Notes: generated by a model not told the origin, from the letters alone. Positions 10,844 through 21,629 are shown, numbered from the stretch's first letter. The stretch is DNA of 64,000 nucleotides from an uncultured Desulfosarcina sp. (GCA_963674945.2 CAXXWQ010000003.1:768001-832000), one strand, 5' to 3'. Program-made: numbers and translations.

Positions 10844-10874
10844 AAAAAACCCCGACCGGCGAACCGATCGGGGT
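10844..10874 (-). terminator. intrinsic terminator
   Basis: ACCCCGACCGG-CGAA-CCGATCGGGGT stem with an A6 run on + (U-tract on -), downstream of the 10911..11192 gene. Confidence 0.75.
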
Positions 10875-10910
10875 AAAATTTTCGACGGGAATGAAATATT
10901 CGGTATGGGG

Positions 10911-11192
10911 TTACTTATCGGATTTCAATGTTTCAATCTCTTTTTTCAGGTCATCGATTTCCTGTTTGTACTTTTCAGCATCGTCATCGGCGGTAGGGGC
11001 ATCGATGCCATTGTCATCTTTTTTCCAGGTATCCTTGAGTTCGTCGAAACCCAAGTAGAGGGCAAGCCCACCACCGAGCAACAGCATGATGGGAATCGCT
11101 CCGGCCAGAAGCTGAAGAAATTCCCCGAACCATACGGATAGGCCAATCAGGCCAAGGACCGCTGCCACTGCGCCACCAATTAACGTTTTCAT
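10911..11192 (-). CDS. small membrane protein (2 TM plus coiled-coil tail)
   Basis: two hydrophobic segments; AGGAGG RBS. Confidence 0.8.
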   Translation of the reverse strand: MKTLIGGAVAAVLGLIGLSVWFGEFLQLLAGAIPIMLLLGGGLALYLGFDELKDTWKKDDNGIDAPTADDDAEKYKQEIDDLKKEIETLKSDK

Positions 11193-11549
11193 AGAGAATC
11201 ATCCTCCTTCTTTAACTTTATTAACATGATTAAGATGGTTTCATCGTTCGATCCATATGTGTTCCACAAAGGTGGCGTGACGTCTGACCTTGCCGCCCTC
11301 CGGATTTTTTCAACAAAGCCACTGGATATCGAATAAAATATTGGAATTTCAGCTAGATAGCAATGAGTTTCGGTGTGCTATCAAGTCTTACAGGCAATAA
11401 CATAGAAGCTGGTGTAGCGCAAGCATATTTTTCTCCACTGAATATGGCTTTTTACGAGTTCATCAATATTGCGTTGCAAAGGAAGATAGCTTTTGTTAAA
11501 TTTTTGGTTTGTCCCCAAAGCCTACTAAATTATGAGATAACATATTATT

Positions 11550-14189
11550 ATGCCAAATAAAATAAAACCTCGGCGGATTTCGACTTGGGATCGAATCCGC
11601 AACTGGGTCAAAGGGTTATTGGATACGTCAAAGGACCACTATCTATGCTTTCTCCCCTCTCCCACCGGCCTCTTTTCGGCATTTTTCCTGGAACGGTTCT
11701 ACTCCGGTATCCATATGGGCGAAGACCAGGCGGAAATCGTAAAAAACATTCCGGAAAACGCGATCATCGTCTACACCACCAAATATAAAGGAAGGTTCGA
11801 ATTTCTCTTTTTCCACACCCGTTACAGACAGATGCGGTTGCCGGTTCCTCAGTTGGCCTTCGATTTCAAGTTGTATGGCTGGCAACCCTTGACGCGATTG
11901 ATTCGGGTTGTCATCGCCAACGTGGATGCGCTGGTGAAACGTCACAGGACGCAAAATCCCTATGAGAATGATTATTACAAACGTGAACTTCTCCATACCG
12001 GCTGCGCCGCACTGGGCCTGATTGAAAAAAAGGGATTTTACCTTCGGTTTGTCAAGGCACGTACAGATCCTTTGGCCTACCTGATCGAGATGCAGCAGCG
12101 AATTGATCGCCCCATCTACCTGGTTCCCCAGCTGATGTTTTTCGGCAAGAAACCACAGCCGTCCATCCCCAGTCTGGTGGATATGATTTTCGGCACACCC
12201 CAACAGCCGGGAAGCCTGAGAAAAATTGTGACGCTCTTTCGTCATCCGGAAAAAATATTCGTGGAACTTTCCGAACCACTCCATCTCGGACGTTGGTTGC
12301 GGCAGCCGACGATTGCAGAAAAAACACTGGATCGCCAGGCACTGGCATTGCGACGGCAATTGCTCTCCCAACTGAACCGACATCGTCAAAGCATAACGGG
12401 GCCGATCTTAAAGTCTAACGAAGAGTTGAAAGAGTCAATTCTCACCAGCGATCGATTACGGACATTCATCAAAAAACATGCAGACTCCCGAGGCGAACCC
12501 ATCGTCAAGATCAGAAAAGAGGCGGACGGTTATATCGATGAAATCGCGGCGCGTTACAGTCCGTCCACAATCCGTATCATGTCTTACGTGGTGGGCTGGA
12601 TCGTCAACTCCATGTTCGACGGTGTCGTGATGGAAAAACAAGGACTGGCAAAGATCAAGGCCATGTCCATGAACGGTCCACTGATTCTCGTTCCCTGCCA
12701 CAAAAGCCACATCGATTATCTCATCCTCTCTTACGTGCTCTATCATAACAATATGCCCTGCCCCCTTGTGGCTGCGGGCAAGAATCTCTCATTTTGGCCC
12801 CTGGGGCTCATATTTCGCAGTGGCGGCGCCTTTTTCCTGAGGCGCACGTTCAGGGGAGCGGTTTTGTACTCTCGTGTTTTTGCCGCCTATATCCACAAGC
12901 TTTTGGAAGAGGGATTCAATATTGAAATGTTTATCGAAGGGGGGAGAAGCCGCACGGGCAAACTGCTCATGCCCAAACTGGGACTCTTGTCGATCCTGCT
13001 GGATTCCTATCGAAACGGCGCTTGCGCAAACATGTCTTTCGTGCCGGTCTACATCGGCTACGATCGGATCGTGGAAGAGCAGGCCTATGTCAATGAGGTC
13101 GAGGGCGGAAGCAAAGAAGACGAAAACCTCAGTCAAATGATCCGTGCCCATCGCTTTCTGAAAAAACGATACGGCAAGATCTATATCAACTTCGCCGATC
13201 CCATCACCATTTCCGATCTGCTCGCCGACACATCGCAGTCATTGGATCAAATGCCCCAAAAAGAAGTGAATGCCTTGTGTCGAAACCTCGGCTGGCGAAT
13301 TATCAACGCCATCGATAAACAGACCGTGGTCACACCCCATGGTCTCGTGGCAGCCGCCATCTTGAACTTTCCCAGGCCTCGATTCACCAAAGGGGAACTG
13401 ATCGCCGTGGTCAACACCTACCTCTCCTTCGCCGCGGCCCAGAACGCCAACCTGGCCGACACGATCATTGTCAATGCAGACGGTGCCATCGATGCCGTAC
13501 TGGAGCGTTATCTTTCACGAAAATGGATTGAGAAAGCACCGGGAGACAAGGATCTTTCGGAGGATCAAACTGCATACACGGCCAACACATCCAAACGGTC
13601 GCTGCTGGAATTTTATAAGAACAATTGCATCTCCTATTTCATTCCGGCGGCATTTACCTCCCTTGCCATCTTGAAGACCGACGCCTTTCAATTCAATGCG
13701 CCCGATCTTCAAACCACATATCAAACGCTGATGGATTTCTTTAAATACGAGTTCGCCTTTGATCTGGACCGATCATCACTGTACTACCAGCGTAAGACGA
13801 TAAAATCGTTTATCGACGATGCCATTCTCATGCCCCATCCCACAATACCGGACTGCTATCAGATCACCTCATCGGGTTACCGGAAGCTGAAACTGTTCGC
13901 CGCCTTCGTAAAGCCCTATTTCCAATCCTACAAGGTTGGACTCCACTTTCTTAGGGCCAATCGTAAGGAAAAAATGGAAACAAAGGACAAATTGAAAAAA
14001 ATCCAGAGCATGGGCCTTCAAATGCTGAAAGCCAAGGAGATCGATCTGATCGAATCCATATCAAAAATCAATTTTGCCAATGCATTGACCTATTTTGGCA
14101 CCAATGGGATCAAGAATCACGAGAACGAAGAAGCGATCCTTCGATATGAATCCTTTATCCACTCCTACCTGGACCTTTTGGGCACATGA
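11550..14189 (+). CDS. plsB: glycerol-3-phosphate acyltransferase
   Basis: HKSHIDY (HX4D), GAFFLRR, FIEGGRSRTGK. Confidence 0.9.
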   Translation: MPNKIKPRRISTWDRIRNWVKGLLDTSKDHYLCFLPSPTGLFSAFFLERFYSGIHMGEDQAEIVKNIPENAIIVYTTKYKGRFEFLFFHTRYRQMRLPVPQLAFDFKLYGWQPLTRLIRVVIANVDALVKRHRTQNPYENDYYKRELLHTGCAALGLIEKKGFYLRFVKARTDPLAYLIEMQQRIDRPIYLVPQLMFFGKKPQPSIPSLVDMIFGTPQQPGSLRKIVTLFRHPEKIFVELSEPLHLGRWLRQPTIAEKTLDRQALALRRQLLSQLNRHRQSITGPILKSNEELKESILTSDRLRTFIKKHADSRGEPIVKIRKEADGYIDEIAARYSPSTIRIMSYVVGWIVNSMFDGVVMEKQGLAKIKAMSMNGPLILVPCHKSHIDYLILSYVLYHNNMPCPLVAAGKNLSFWPLGLIFRSGGAFFLRRTFRGAVLYSRVFAAYIHKLLEEGFNIEMFIEGGRSRTGKLLMPKLGLLSILLDSYRNGACANMSFVPVYIGYDRIVEEQAYVNEVEGGSKEDENLSQMIRAHRFLKKRYGKIYINFADPITISDLLADTSQSLDQMPQKEVNALCRNLGWRIINAIDKQTVVTPHGLVAAAILNFPRPRFTKGELIAVVNTYLSFAAAQNANLADTIIVNADGAIDAVLERYLSRKWIEKAPGDKDLSEDQTAYTANTSKRSLLEFYKNNCISYFIPAAFTSLAILKTDAFQFNAPDLQTTYQTLMDFFKYEFAFDLDRSSLYYQRKTIKSFIDDAILMPHPTIPDCYQITSSGYRKLKLFAAFVKPYFQSYKVGLHFLRANRKEKMETKDKLKKIQSMGLQMLKAKEIDLIESISKINFANALTYFGTNGIKNHENEEAILRYESFIHSYLDLLGT

Positions 14190-15874
14190 AAGCGCTGATT
14201 CTGGCCGCCGGTTTCGGAACCCGGCTGGCCCCTCATACACAGACGCTTCCCAAGGTCCTCTTTCCCATCGCCGGCGAGCCGGTATTGGGTAAAATGATCG
14301 CGTTGCTGAAACGATCCGAATGCCGGTTCATCGCCGTCAATACCCATCATCTTGCCGATCAGGTTCAATCGTATCTGGCCCGACACGATTTCGGCCTTCC
14401 CATCCATGTGAGTCACGAACCCGAAATTTTAGGAACCGGGGGAGCCATCCGCAGCCTCTCCCATTTCTGGGAGGATGCGCCCTTTATCGTCGTCAACGCC
14501 GATATCGTCACAGACATCGATCTGAAGGCGGTCTATCAGTGCCACCTTGGATCCGATGCGCCGGTGACCCTGGTCATGCATGACCGTCCCCCCTTCAATC
14601 AGGTCTGGGTGGACGAAAACGATCGGATCACCGGTTTCAAACGACTGGGCAACGTCGAGTCCGGGGGCTGTCGGGAATTGGCCTTTACAGGAATCCACGT
14701 GATTGACCCGAAGATACTTCCCTGGATTCCCCGAGAGGGATTCAGTGATATCATCCACGTGTACCAACGGATGATCGACAGCGGCGTGCCGATTCACGCC
14801 CACCGGGTCTGCCATCACTACTGGCAAGACATGGGAAGGCCGGATCGATTTCGCACAGCGGTAATGGATGCCATGGTTCCGGATCTATTTCATTCGATCT
14901 TTCCGGAAAATCCGGTCGCGTCGTTCCAATGCGCACCATTGGCCGGTGACGGCTCCGATCGGAACTGGTTTCGCCTTCAACGTGGAAAGAACAGCATCAT
15001 CGTGGCGGACCATGGCATCACCCCGACCCTCGCAGGCAGTGAGATGAATGCCTTCGTTACAATCGGTACGCATTTATACGACCGGGGGATTCCCGTTCCC
15101 AGGATTTACGCCCATGATCCTTTCAGCGGACTCGTATACATGGAGGATCTTGGATCGTGCCACCTGCAGCAGGTGGTGCACCAAGCCATGCAGATTCGCG
15201 ACATCGAACCACTGTACAGACGGGTCATCGACACATGGATCGATCTTACGAAAAATGCAGCCAAGGGCTTCGACCCCAATTGGACCTGTCAGAGCCGTTC
15301 CTATGACGAAAATTTGATCGTGGAAAAGGAGTGCCGCTATTTCATAGACGCCTTCGTAAACGGCTTCCTTGGGATGAAGGTCGATGATGGGCAGATGTCG
15401 GCCGAGTTCACCGACCTTGCCCGCGCTACCCTGGATTCGGGGACAATGGGGCTGATTCACCGGGACTTTCAATCCCGAAACATCATGGTGCGGGAAGGTC
15501 GCCCCTGTCTCATCGATTTTCAGGGAGCACGGTGGGGACCGGTTCAGTACGATCTTGCCTCCCTGCTCATCGATCCATACGCAAACTTGCCTGAAGCGGT
15601 TCGACGTCGCCTCCTGGATTACGCCGTCCGGCAGGCGACCGCACTTTGGGGGGCAACTTCGGATCGATTCATTCGAGGATTTCATTACTGCTGTGTCACC
15701 CGGAACCTCCAAATGCTCGGTGCCTTCGGATTTCTCAGTCAGGTCAAAAAAAAGGCCCATTTCGAAAAATGGATTCCCCTTGCGGCAAACATGCTGTACG
15801 ACCACATTGTGAAGATTGACGAACACCGCTTTCCCAGGCTTGCCGCCATTGCCAAAGCCATCGCGGTACGATAA
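14186..15874 (+). CDS. fusion of nucleotidyltransferase (MurU-like) and sugar phosphotransferase (AmgK-like)
   Basis: N-half LAAGFGTRLAP..PK and LGTGG; C-half LAGDGSDRNWFR, MEDLG, HRDFQSRNIM, IDFQ, YDLASLL. Confidence 0.85.
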   Translation: MKALILAAGFGTRLAPHTQTLPKVLFPIAGEPVLGKMIALLKRSECRFIAVNTHHLADQVQSYLARHDFGLPIHVSHEPEILGTGGAIRSLSHFWEDAPFIVVNADIVTDIDLKAVYQCHLGSDAPVTLVMHDRPPFNQVWVDENDRITGFKRLGNVESGGCRELAFTGIHVIDPKILPWIPREGFSDIIHVYQRMIDSGVPIHAHRVCHHYWQDMGRPDRFRTAVMDAMVPDLFHSIFPENPVASFQCAPLAGDGSDRNWFRLQRGKNSIIVADHGITPTLAGSEMNAFVTIGTHLYDRGIPVPRIYAHDPFSGLVYMEDLGSCHLQQVVHQAMQIRDIEPLYRRVIDTWIDLTKNAAKGFDPNWTCQSRSYDENLIVEKECRYFIDAFVNGFLGMKVDDGQMSAEFTDLARATLDSGTMGLIHRDFQSRNIMVREGRPCLIDFQGARWGPVQYDLASLLIDPYANLPEAVRRRLLDYAVRQATALWGATSDRFIRGFHYCCVTRNLQMLGAFGFLSQVKKKAHFEKWIPLAANMLYDHIVKIDEHRFPRLAAIAKAIAVR

Positions 15875-15983
15875 TAAAAACAACGAGGATTCGAAACCGA
15901 AAGGCTCGCTGCAAACCACAGCGGTCTGCGACTACTTTTGGGGCGTAACGGATAAGGATGAGCCCGGAAAAAGTCGGATTTCA

Positions 15984-16107
15984 GACGGCTTCGTAAAAAG
16001 TTCGAGATCAAGGCTTGCGAGTCACGAGGAATGAGGCGTATTAATAATACGTCGCAATGACGAAGGATGAAGCGTAACGCCGATATCGGGCTTTTTACGA
16101 AGCCGTC
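15984..16107. mobile_element. MITE-like element family A (124 bp, non-coding)
   Basis: perfect 17-bp terminal inverted repeats GACGGCTTCGTAAAAAG / CTTTTTACGAAGCCGTC; partial second copy at 5325..5384. Confidence 0.8.
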
Positions 16108-16126
16108 AGACGAGGAGGTATTTCAT

Positions 16127-16960
16127 TTGGAACCTATACCCATCATGATCAACGGCCTGCCGGGAAACGTGGCATCGGTTATCGCCCGCCACGCCCTCGC
16201 GGACGCGCGGATAACCCTTTTGCCATACTCACTGACCGGTCCGGAGATCGTTGCAGACCAATGCCGCATATCCGATAGGGCCATTGCGCTGATTAAACCG
16301 GATGACCGTGAAGATGCCATCCAAAAAATCATCAGCCGGCACGGTCCGTTCATCAGCGTCGACTATACCCATCCATCGGCCATCAATGCCAACGCCGAAT
16401 TTTACTGTGCCCATCAATTGCCGTTTGTGATGGGGACAACGGGCGGTGATAGAGAGAAATTAGCCCAAACCGTAAAAAATTCTTCCATCTGTGCGGTCAT
16501 CGCACCGAATATGGCAAAACAGATCGTCGGATTGCAGGCCATGATGGCATACGCAGCGGAAAACTTCCCGGGGCTTTTTGCCGGGTACACGATGACGGTT
16601 CGAGAGAGCCATCAGGCGGGAAAGGCCGACACGAGCGGCACGGCGAAAGCAATGGTCGGATACTTCAACCAAATGGGCGTTTCCTTTTCACCGGAAGAGA
16701 TCGCCATGGAGCGGGACCCGGTGGTGCAACGGGAAAAATGGGGAATACCCGAAGCGTATTTGGGGGGACATGGCTGGCATACCTACCGGCTGACATCGCC
16801 GGACGGCACCGTCTCCTTTGAATTTCAGCACAATGTGAATGGCCGGGAAATTTACGCCGAAGGCACAATGGATGCAATCGTATACCTGAATCGACGGTGT
16901 AAAACGGACATTGGGGGGCGGATCTTGACGATGATCGATGTGCTGCGGAACGCAAAATAA
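16127..16960 (+). CDS. dapB: 4-hydroxy-tetrahydrodipicolinate reductase (plant-like subtype)
   Basis: INGLPGN, VDYTHP, MGTTGGD, IAPNM, ESHQAGKADTSGTA; TTG start after a GAGGAGG RBS. Confidence 0.88.
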   Translation: MEPIPIMINGLPGNVASVIARHALADARITLLPYSLTGPEIVADQCRISDRAIALIKPDDREDAIQKIISRHGPFISVDYTHPSAINANAEFYCAHQLPFVMGTTGGDREKLAQTVKNSSICAVIAPNMAKQIVGLQAMMAYAAENFPGLFAGYTMTVRESHQAGKADTSGTAKAMVGYFNQMGVSFSPEEIAMERDPVVQREKWGIPEAYLGGHGWHTYRLTSPDGTVSFEFQHNVNGREIYAEGTMDAIVYLNRRCKTDIGGRILTMIDVLRNAK

Positions 16961-17111
16961 ATCTGTGCGTACTGTTTTTTTTGGATTTTTGTTAAGTTCA
17001 AGGGAAAGTGGACGATGATAGTGCTGTACACGCGAAAGCACAGAGAGGGAAAAGGGACGCGCCAATCGCATCGTTCCCTCCATATGCAACTATCTATCTC
17101 ACGAGGAACGA

Positions 17112-17567
17112 ATGGACATTAAATACATCAATCCGTTTGTCGATGCGGTAAAAAAGGTATTCAATACGATGATCGAGGTCCCCTTCAAATTGGGCAAACC
17201 CAGCTTGAAGAAAGGCAATCTTCCCGAGTATGAAATCAGCGGATTCATCGGCCTGACCGGCACGGTGAGTGGATGTGCGGTAATCAACATGAACAAGGAG
17301 GTTGCTCTCTTGCTGGTATCCAAGCTCATCGGAGATGAGGTAACCGAGCTTGACGATGACTGCACCGATGCCATCGGGGAGATTGCCAACATGATTGCCG
17401 GTAACGCCAAGACCGATTTCCCCTCGGAGGGGACCTCCATCAGTGTGCCAAGCGTGGTGATCGGCAAACACAAGGTATCCTATCCGACCGGCCTGCCCAT
17501 TATCTCCATTCCTTGTATCACGGACGCGGGAGAACTCGTCATCGAAGTGGCATTGAAGAAGGAATAA
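17112..17567 (+). CDS. cheX: chemotaxis phosphatase CheX
   Basis: YINPF, IGLTG, DAIGEIANMIAG (ExxN), ISVPSV. Confidence 0.9.
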   Translation: MDIKYINPFVDAVKKVFNTMIEVPFKLGKPSLKKGNLPEYEISGFIGLTGTVSGCAVINMNKEVALLLVSKLIGDEVTELDDDCTDAIGEIANMIAGNAKTDFPSEGTSISVPSVVIGKHKVSYPTGLPIISIPCITDAGELVIEVALKKE

Positions 17568-17675
17568 TCCGCCGCCGATCGAATCTCCTTTGTTTTTAAC
17601 AATACTCCGAAGAATCCGATTACAACCGCCCGGCAAGGACACTACCGGAACGGATATTGTTATGCATCGCTGGAC

Positions 17676-17830
17676 AGTGTTTATCCAGAAATAGGAAAAT
17701 TTGGTCGAGATCGAGACGCACGAAAAATTTTACCGGAGGTATAGAGTTGATATTCCGAGGATAAAATTTTTCGCGCAACAAAGATATCGGCCAAAGCTAA
17801 AATTGGCTTGGCCATTTCTGGTTGGACAAT
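17676..17830. mobile_element. MITE-like element family B
   Basis: imperfect TIRs AGTGTTTATCCAGAAAT / ATTTCTGGTTGGACAAT; inverted homologous copy at 63659..63801; lies between convergent cheX and alaS. Confidence 0.75.
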
Positions 17831-17832
17831 CG

Positions 17833-20466
17833 TTATTGCTGCCGGATTAGTTCACGGGCCGTTTCCAATGCCTGGTCCAGTTTTTCGGGTATCGTTCCGC
17901 CGGCCTGGGCCATATCGGGTCTTCCGCCGCCACCGCCACCGACCACACCGGCGATCTTTTTGATCATATTTCCGGCGTGAAATCTCTGGGTGAGGTCCTT
18001 TGTGACCACGACGATGAGAAGTGCCTTACCGTCGGTTTCACACCCCAACACCACAATCCCCGACCCGATCCGGTCCTTGAAGCGATCGGCCAATTCCCGC
18101 AAGGCAGACGGTTGGTCCACGGTTACCCGCCTGATCACCGTTGCGACGCCGCTGATCCGTTCGGTTGCGTCTTCTCCTTCTTCGGCCTGCATCTCGGCCA
18201 TCTTCGTTTTGAGTTGCGCGGCCTCCTTTTCCAGATTTTTCAACGTACGCATCATCGATTCCACCCGATTTACCATGGCATCGGGTTTGTCCTTGACGAG
18301 CTGGCTCAGCCGGGCAAGGGTTCGGCTGTTTTTTTGAACATGGGCCAAGGCACAATTTCCCGTGAGTGCTTCGATGCGCCGCACGCCGGATGCCACACTG
18401 GATTCGGAAAGGATCGTAAAAAGGCCGATGTCGCCGGTTCGACCGGTGTGTGTTCCGCCGCAAAGTTCCCGGCTGAAGGTAGAAAGGCTGACGACACGAA
18501 CCCTGTCGCCGTATTTCTCCTCGAACAGCGCCGTCGCACCGGAATCCATGGCCTGCTGCATCTCCATCTCCTGTGTCCCGACGGGGACATTTTGACGAAT
18601 GCGATCGTTGACGTAGGACTCGATTTTCTCCAACGTATCGGCATCGATCTGGGAAAAATGGGTGAAATCGAATCGAAGTCGATCGGACGCCACCAGAGAT
18701 CCGGCCTGTTTGACGTGCTCGCCGACGATCTGACGAAGGGCTGCATGCAGAATATGGGTGGCCGTGTGATTGCGGGCCACATCGGCCCGGTGGCCTTCAT
18801 TCACGGTGAGCATGACCGTTTGCCCGTATTCCAGTCTTCCCCTTTGGATCTTACCCTTGTGGATAATCATACCGGTGGGATCCTTGACCGTGTCGGTAAC
18901 CGCCATTTCCATGCCGGGTGCCGAGATGGTTCCCTGATCGCCCACCTGACCGCCGGCCTCACCGTAAAAAGGAGTAGCGGAGGTTACCACTTCCACCGAT
19001 GCATCCGCATCGGCAAAATCGACGGCCTCATTTTCTGCAACGATCAAAAGCACCCGGGCCTCACAGGAGAGGGTGCCGTATCCCACGAATTCTATGGATT
19101 CACCCGTTGCGCTCAGTTGCCGGTATGCATCGGATATACCGGTAAAGGTGATTTTGGAACGAGACTGTTTGCGTTGCTGATCCATACGACGTTGGAAACC
19201 TTGTGTGTCCAGGATCAGCCCCTCGTCCCGCACCACGTCTCTCACGATGTCCACGGGAAATCCGAAGGTATCATAGAGTTTGAAAATCAACTCACCGGGA
19301 ACCTCTTTCTCTCCTTTTGCCCGAATTTCCGCCAATGCATCGTTGAGTACCCGTAATCCGTTGTCCAGGGTTTCGGAGAATCGGACCTCCTCGTTTTCGA
19401 TCACGTTGGTGATGAAAGATGCGGCGGACTTGAGCTCGGGGTAGGCGGGCTCCATGATCTCGAACACCACCCGGGCGGTGTGGTGGAGAAAAGGCTGGGT
19501 CAAACCGATGTTGCGCCCATACCTGATGGCCCTTCGCATGATCCGTCGAAGTACGTATCCCCTTCCCTCGTTGGATGGCAATACGCCATCGCCAATGAGA
19601 AAAGCGGCGGCACGGCTGTGATCGGCGATCACCTTCATGGCAACATCGTCGGACTCGTTTTTCCCGTAAGGTTTTTCGGCCAGCGTTTCCGCGCACTGGA
19701 TGATGGGAAAGATCAAGTCCGTCTCGAAGTTATTGTTAACATTCTGGATGATGGAGGCCATACGCTCCAACCCGAGCCCCGTGTCGATACTCGGTTTGGG
19801 AAGGGGCGTCATGTTTCCGGCGTCATCTCTGTTGAACTGCATGAATACCAGGTTCCATATCTCCAGAAACCGGTCGCAATCACAAGCCACGTCACAATCC
19901 GGTCGTCCGCAACCGTATTGTGGCCCACGATCCAGGTGAACTTCGCTGCAGGGGCCGCATGGGCCGGTATCGCCCATGGCCCAGAAATTTTCCGACTCAC
20001 CCAATCGAATCATCCGCGATTCGGGGATACCGATGCGCCGGTGCCACAAATCATAGGCTTCGTCGTCATCCAGATAGACCGATGCCCAAAGCTTATCAGC
20101 CGGCAGGCCATAGCCGTTGGTCAATAGATCCCAGGCAAAGTCGACGGCCTTTTCCTTGAAGTAGTCACCGAAGGAAAAATTTCCGAGCATTTCGAAGAAG
20201 GTGTGGTGCCGGGCCGTATAACCGACATTTTCCAAGTCGTTGTGTTTCCCCCCGGCCCGCACACATTTCTGGGAGGACGCGGCGCGAACATAGTCCCGTT
20301 TCTCCTCTCCCAAAAAGGTCCGTTTGAACTGCACCATACCGGCATTGGTGAAGAGCAGTGTCGGGTCGTCCTGGGGGATCAAAGAAGAGCTTCGAACCAC
20401 CTGGTGGTCATGTTTCTTAAAATAATCGAGGTATCGTTTCCGGATTTCGTTACCGGTCATAGCCAA
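17833..20466 (-). CDS. alaS: alanine--tRNA ligase
   Basis: LLFTNAGM, HHTFFEMLGNFSFGDYFK, HTATH, ELCGGTH, GGGGGRPDMAQAGG. Confidence 0.99.
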   Translation of the reverse strand: MAMTGNEIRKRYLDYFKKHDHQVVRSSSLIPQDDPTLLFTNAGMVQFKRTFLGEEKRDYVRAASSQKCVRAGGKHNDLENVGYTARHHTFFEMLGNFSFGDYFKEKAVDFAWDLLTNGYGLPADKLWASVYLDDDEAYDLWHRRIGIPESRMIRLGESENFWAMGDTGPCGPCSEVHLDRGPQYGCGRPDCDVACDCDRFLEIWNLVFMQFNRDDAGNMTPLPKPSIDTGLGLERMASIIQNVNNNFETDLIFPIIQCAETLAEKPYGKNESDDVAMKVIADHSRAAAFLIGDGVLPSNEGRGYVLRRIMRRAIRYGRNIGLTQPFLHHTARVVFEIMEPAYPELKSAASFITNVIENEEVRFSETLDNGLRVLNDALAEIRAKGEKEVPGELIFKLYDTFGFPVDIVRDVVRDEGLILDTQGFQRRMDQQRKQSRSKITFTGISDAYRQLSATGESIEFVGYGTLSCEARVLLIVAENEAVDFADADASVEVVTSATPFYGEAGGQVGDQGTISAPGMEMAVTDTVKDPTGMIIHKGKIQRGRLEYGQTVMLTVNEGHRADVARNHTATHILHAALRQIVGEHVKQAGSLVASDRLRFDFTHFSQIDADTLEKIESYVNDRIRQNVPVGTQEMEMQQAMDSGATALFEEKYGDRVRVVSLSTFSRELCGGTHTGRTGDIGLFTILSESSVASGVRRIEALTGNCALAHVQKNSRTLARLSQLVKDKPDAMVNRVESMMRTLKNLEKEAAQLKTKMAEMQAEEGEDATERISGVATVIRRVTVDQPSALRELADRFKDRIGSGIVVLGCETDGKALLIVVVTKDLTQRFHAGNMIKKIAGVVGGGGGGRPDMAQAGGTIPEKLDQALETARELIRQQ

Positions 20467-20585
20467 CTCCTTACGGGCTTTGGTTCATTTCCATGGTGTC
20501 CGAATCCATCTTTTTATCGTTTTGCCGCCTTTACGGCGTTTGCATTGTGATGATCAGAAAACCATGCATAATAGGAGCATATACG

Positions 20586-21629
20586 CTATTTTTCCTTTTT
20601 TCCTGTCTCTTCCTTCGCCGCCGTCGCCTCTGCCGGTATCAATCCAACTGCCTCGCGCACTTTTCGCCCGATGGTCTCGAACAGATCCAGGTTGTCCTGA
20701 AGGAACTTCTTCACGTTCTCCCGCCCCTGGCCGATGCGTTCCCCATTATAGGAATACCAGGAACCGCTTTTATCGATGATGCCGGCGTTCACGCCAACAT
20801 CCAACAGGTCGCCGGCCTGGGAGATCCCTTCCCCGTACATGATATCGAACTCCGCCTCTTTGAAAGGCGGCGCCATTTTGTTTTTCACCACCTTGACACG
20901 GGTACGGTTGCCCACCGTTTCCTGACCGTCTTTTATTGCACCGATACGACGGATGTCCAATCGGAGGGAAGAGTAAAACTTCAATGCGTTCCCACCGGTA
21001 GTGGTCTCGGGATTTCCGAACATGACACCGATTTTCATTCGAATCTGGTTGATGAAGATCACCGACGTCATGGTTTTTCCGATGGTGGCGGTAAGCTTGC
21101 GTAAGGCCTGGGACATGAGACGGGCCTGCAAACCCATATGGGCATCTCCCATTTCGCCTTCGATTTCCGCCCTGGGCACGAGGGCGGCCACGCTGTCGAT
21201 CACCATCACGTCGATGGCGCCGCTTCGCACCAGCATATCCGCAATCTCCAGAGCCTGCTCGCCGGTGTCGGGCTGGGACACCAACAGTTCATCACAATTA
21301 ACCCCCAATTTACGGGCGTAGACCGTATCCAGGGCATGTTCGGCGTCGATGAATGCAGCGATTCCGCCTCTTTTCTGGGCATTGGCCACCACATGGAGGG
21401 CGAGGGTCGTCTTGCCCGATGACTCGGGGCCGAAAATCTCGATCACGCGACCACGGGGAAGCCCGCCGATGCCCAAGGCCCGGTCCAACTCGATGGAGCC
21501 CGAAGAGATGGCGGGGACATCCTCCACGGGACGGTCTCCCAGCTTCATGATGGCGCCCTTGCCAAATTGTCTTTCAATCTGCCCCATGGCGGCGTTGACT
21601 GCCTTGGACTTATCCGATGAAATGGTCAT
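20586..21629 (-). CDS. recA: recombinase RecA
   Basis: [35 protein letters not shown]. Confidence 0.99.
   Translation of the reverse strand: MTISSDKSKAVNAAMGQIERQFGKGAIMKLGDRPVEDVPAISSGSIELDRALGIGGLPRGRVIEIFGPESSGKTTLALHVVANAQKRGGIAAFIDAEHALDTVYARKLGVNCDELLVSQPDTGEQALEIADMLVRSGAIDVMVIDSVAALVPRAEIEGEMGDAHMGLQARLMSQALRKLTATIGKTMTSVIFINQIRMKIGVMFGNPETTTGGNALKFYSSLRLDIRRIGAIKDGQETVGNRTRVKVVKNKMAPPFKEAEFDIMYGEGISQAGDLLDVGVNAGIIDKSGSWYSYNGERIGQGRENVKKFLQDNLDLFETIGRKVREAVGLIPAEATAAKEETGKKEK

Noticed and set aside
17977..19356. Long antisense ORFs opposite alaS and other core genes (e.g. 511..1446, 22472..23605)
   Set aside because: They are shadow ORFs of GC-rich coding strands with no recognisable motifs.
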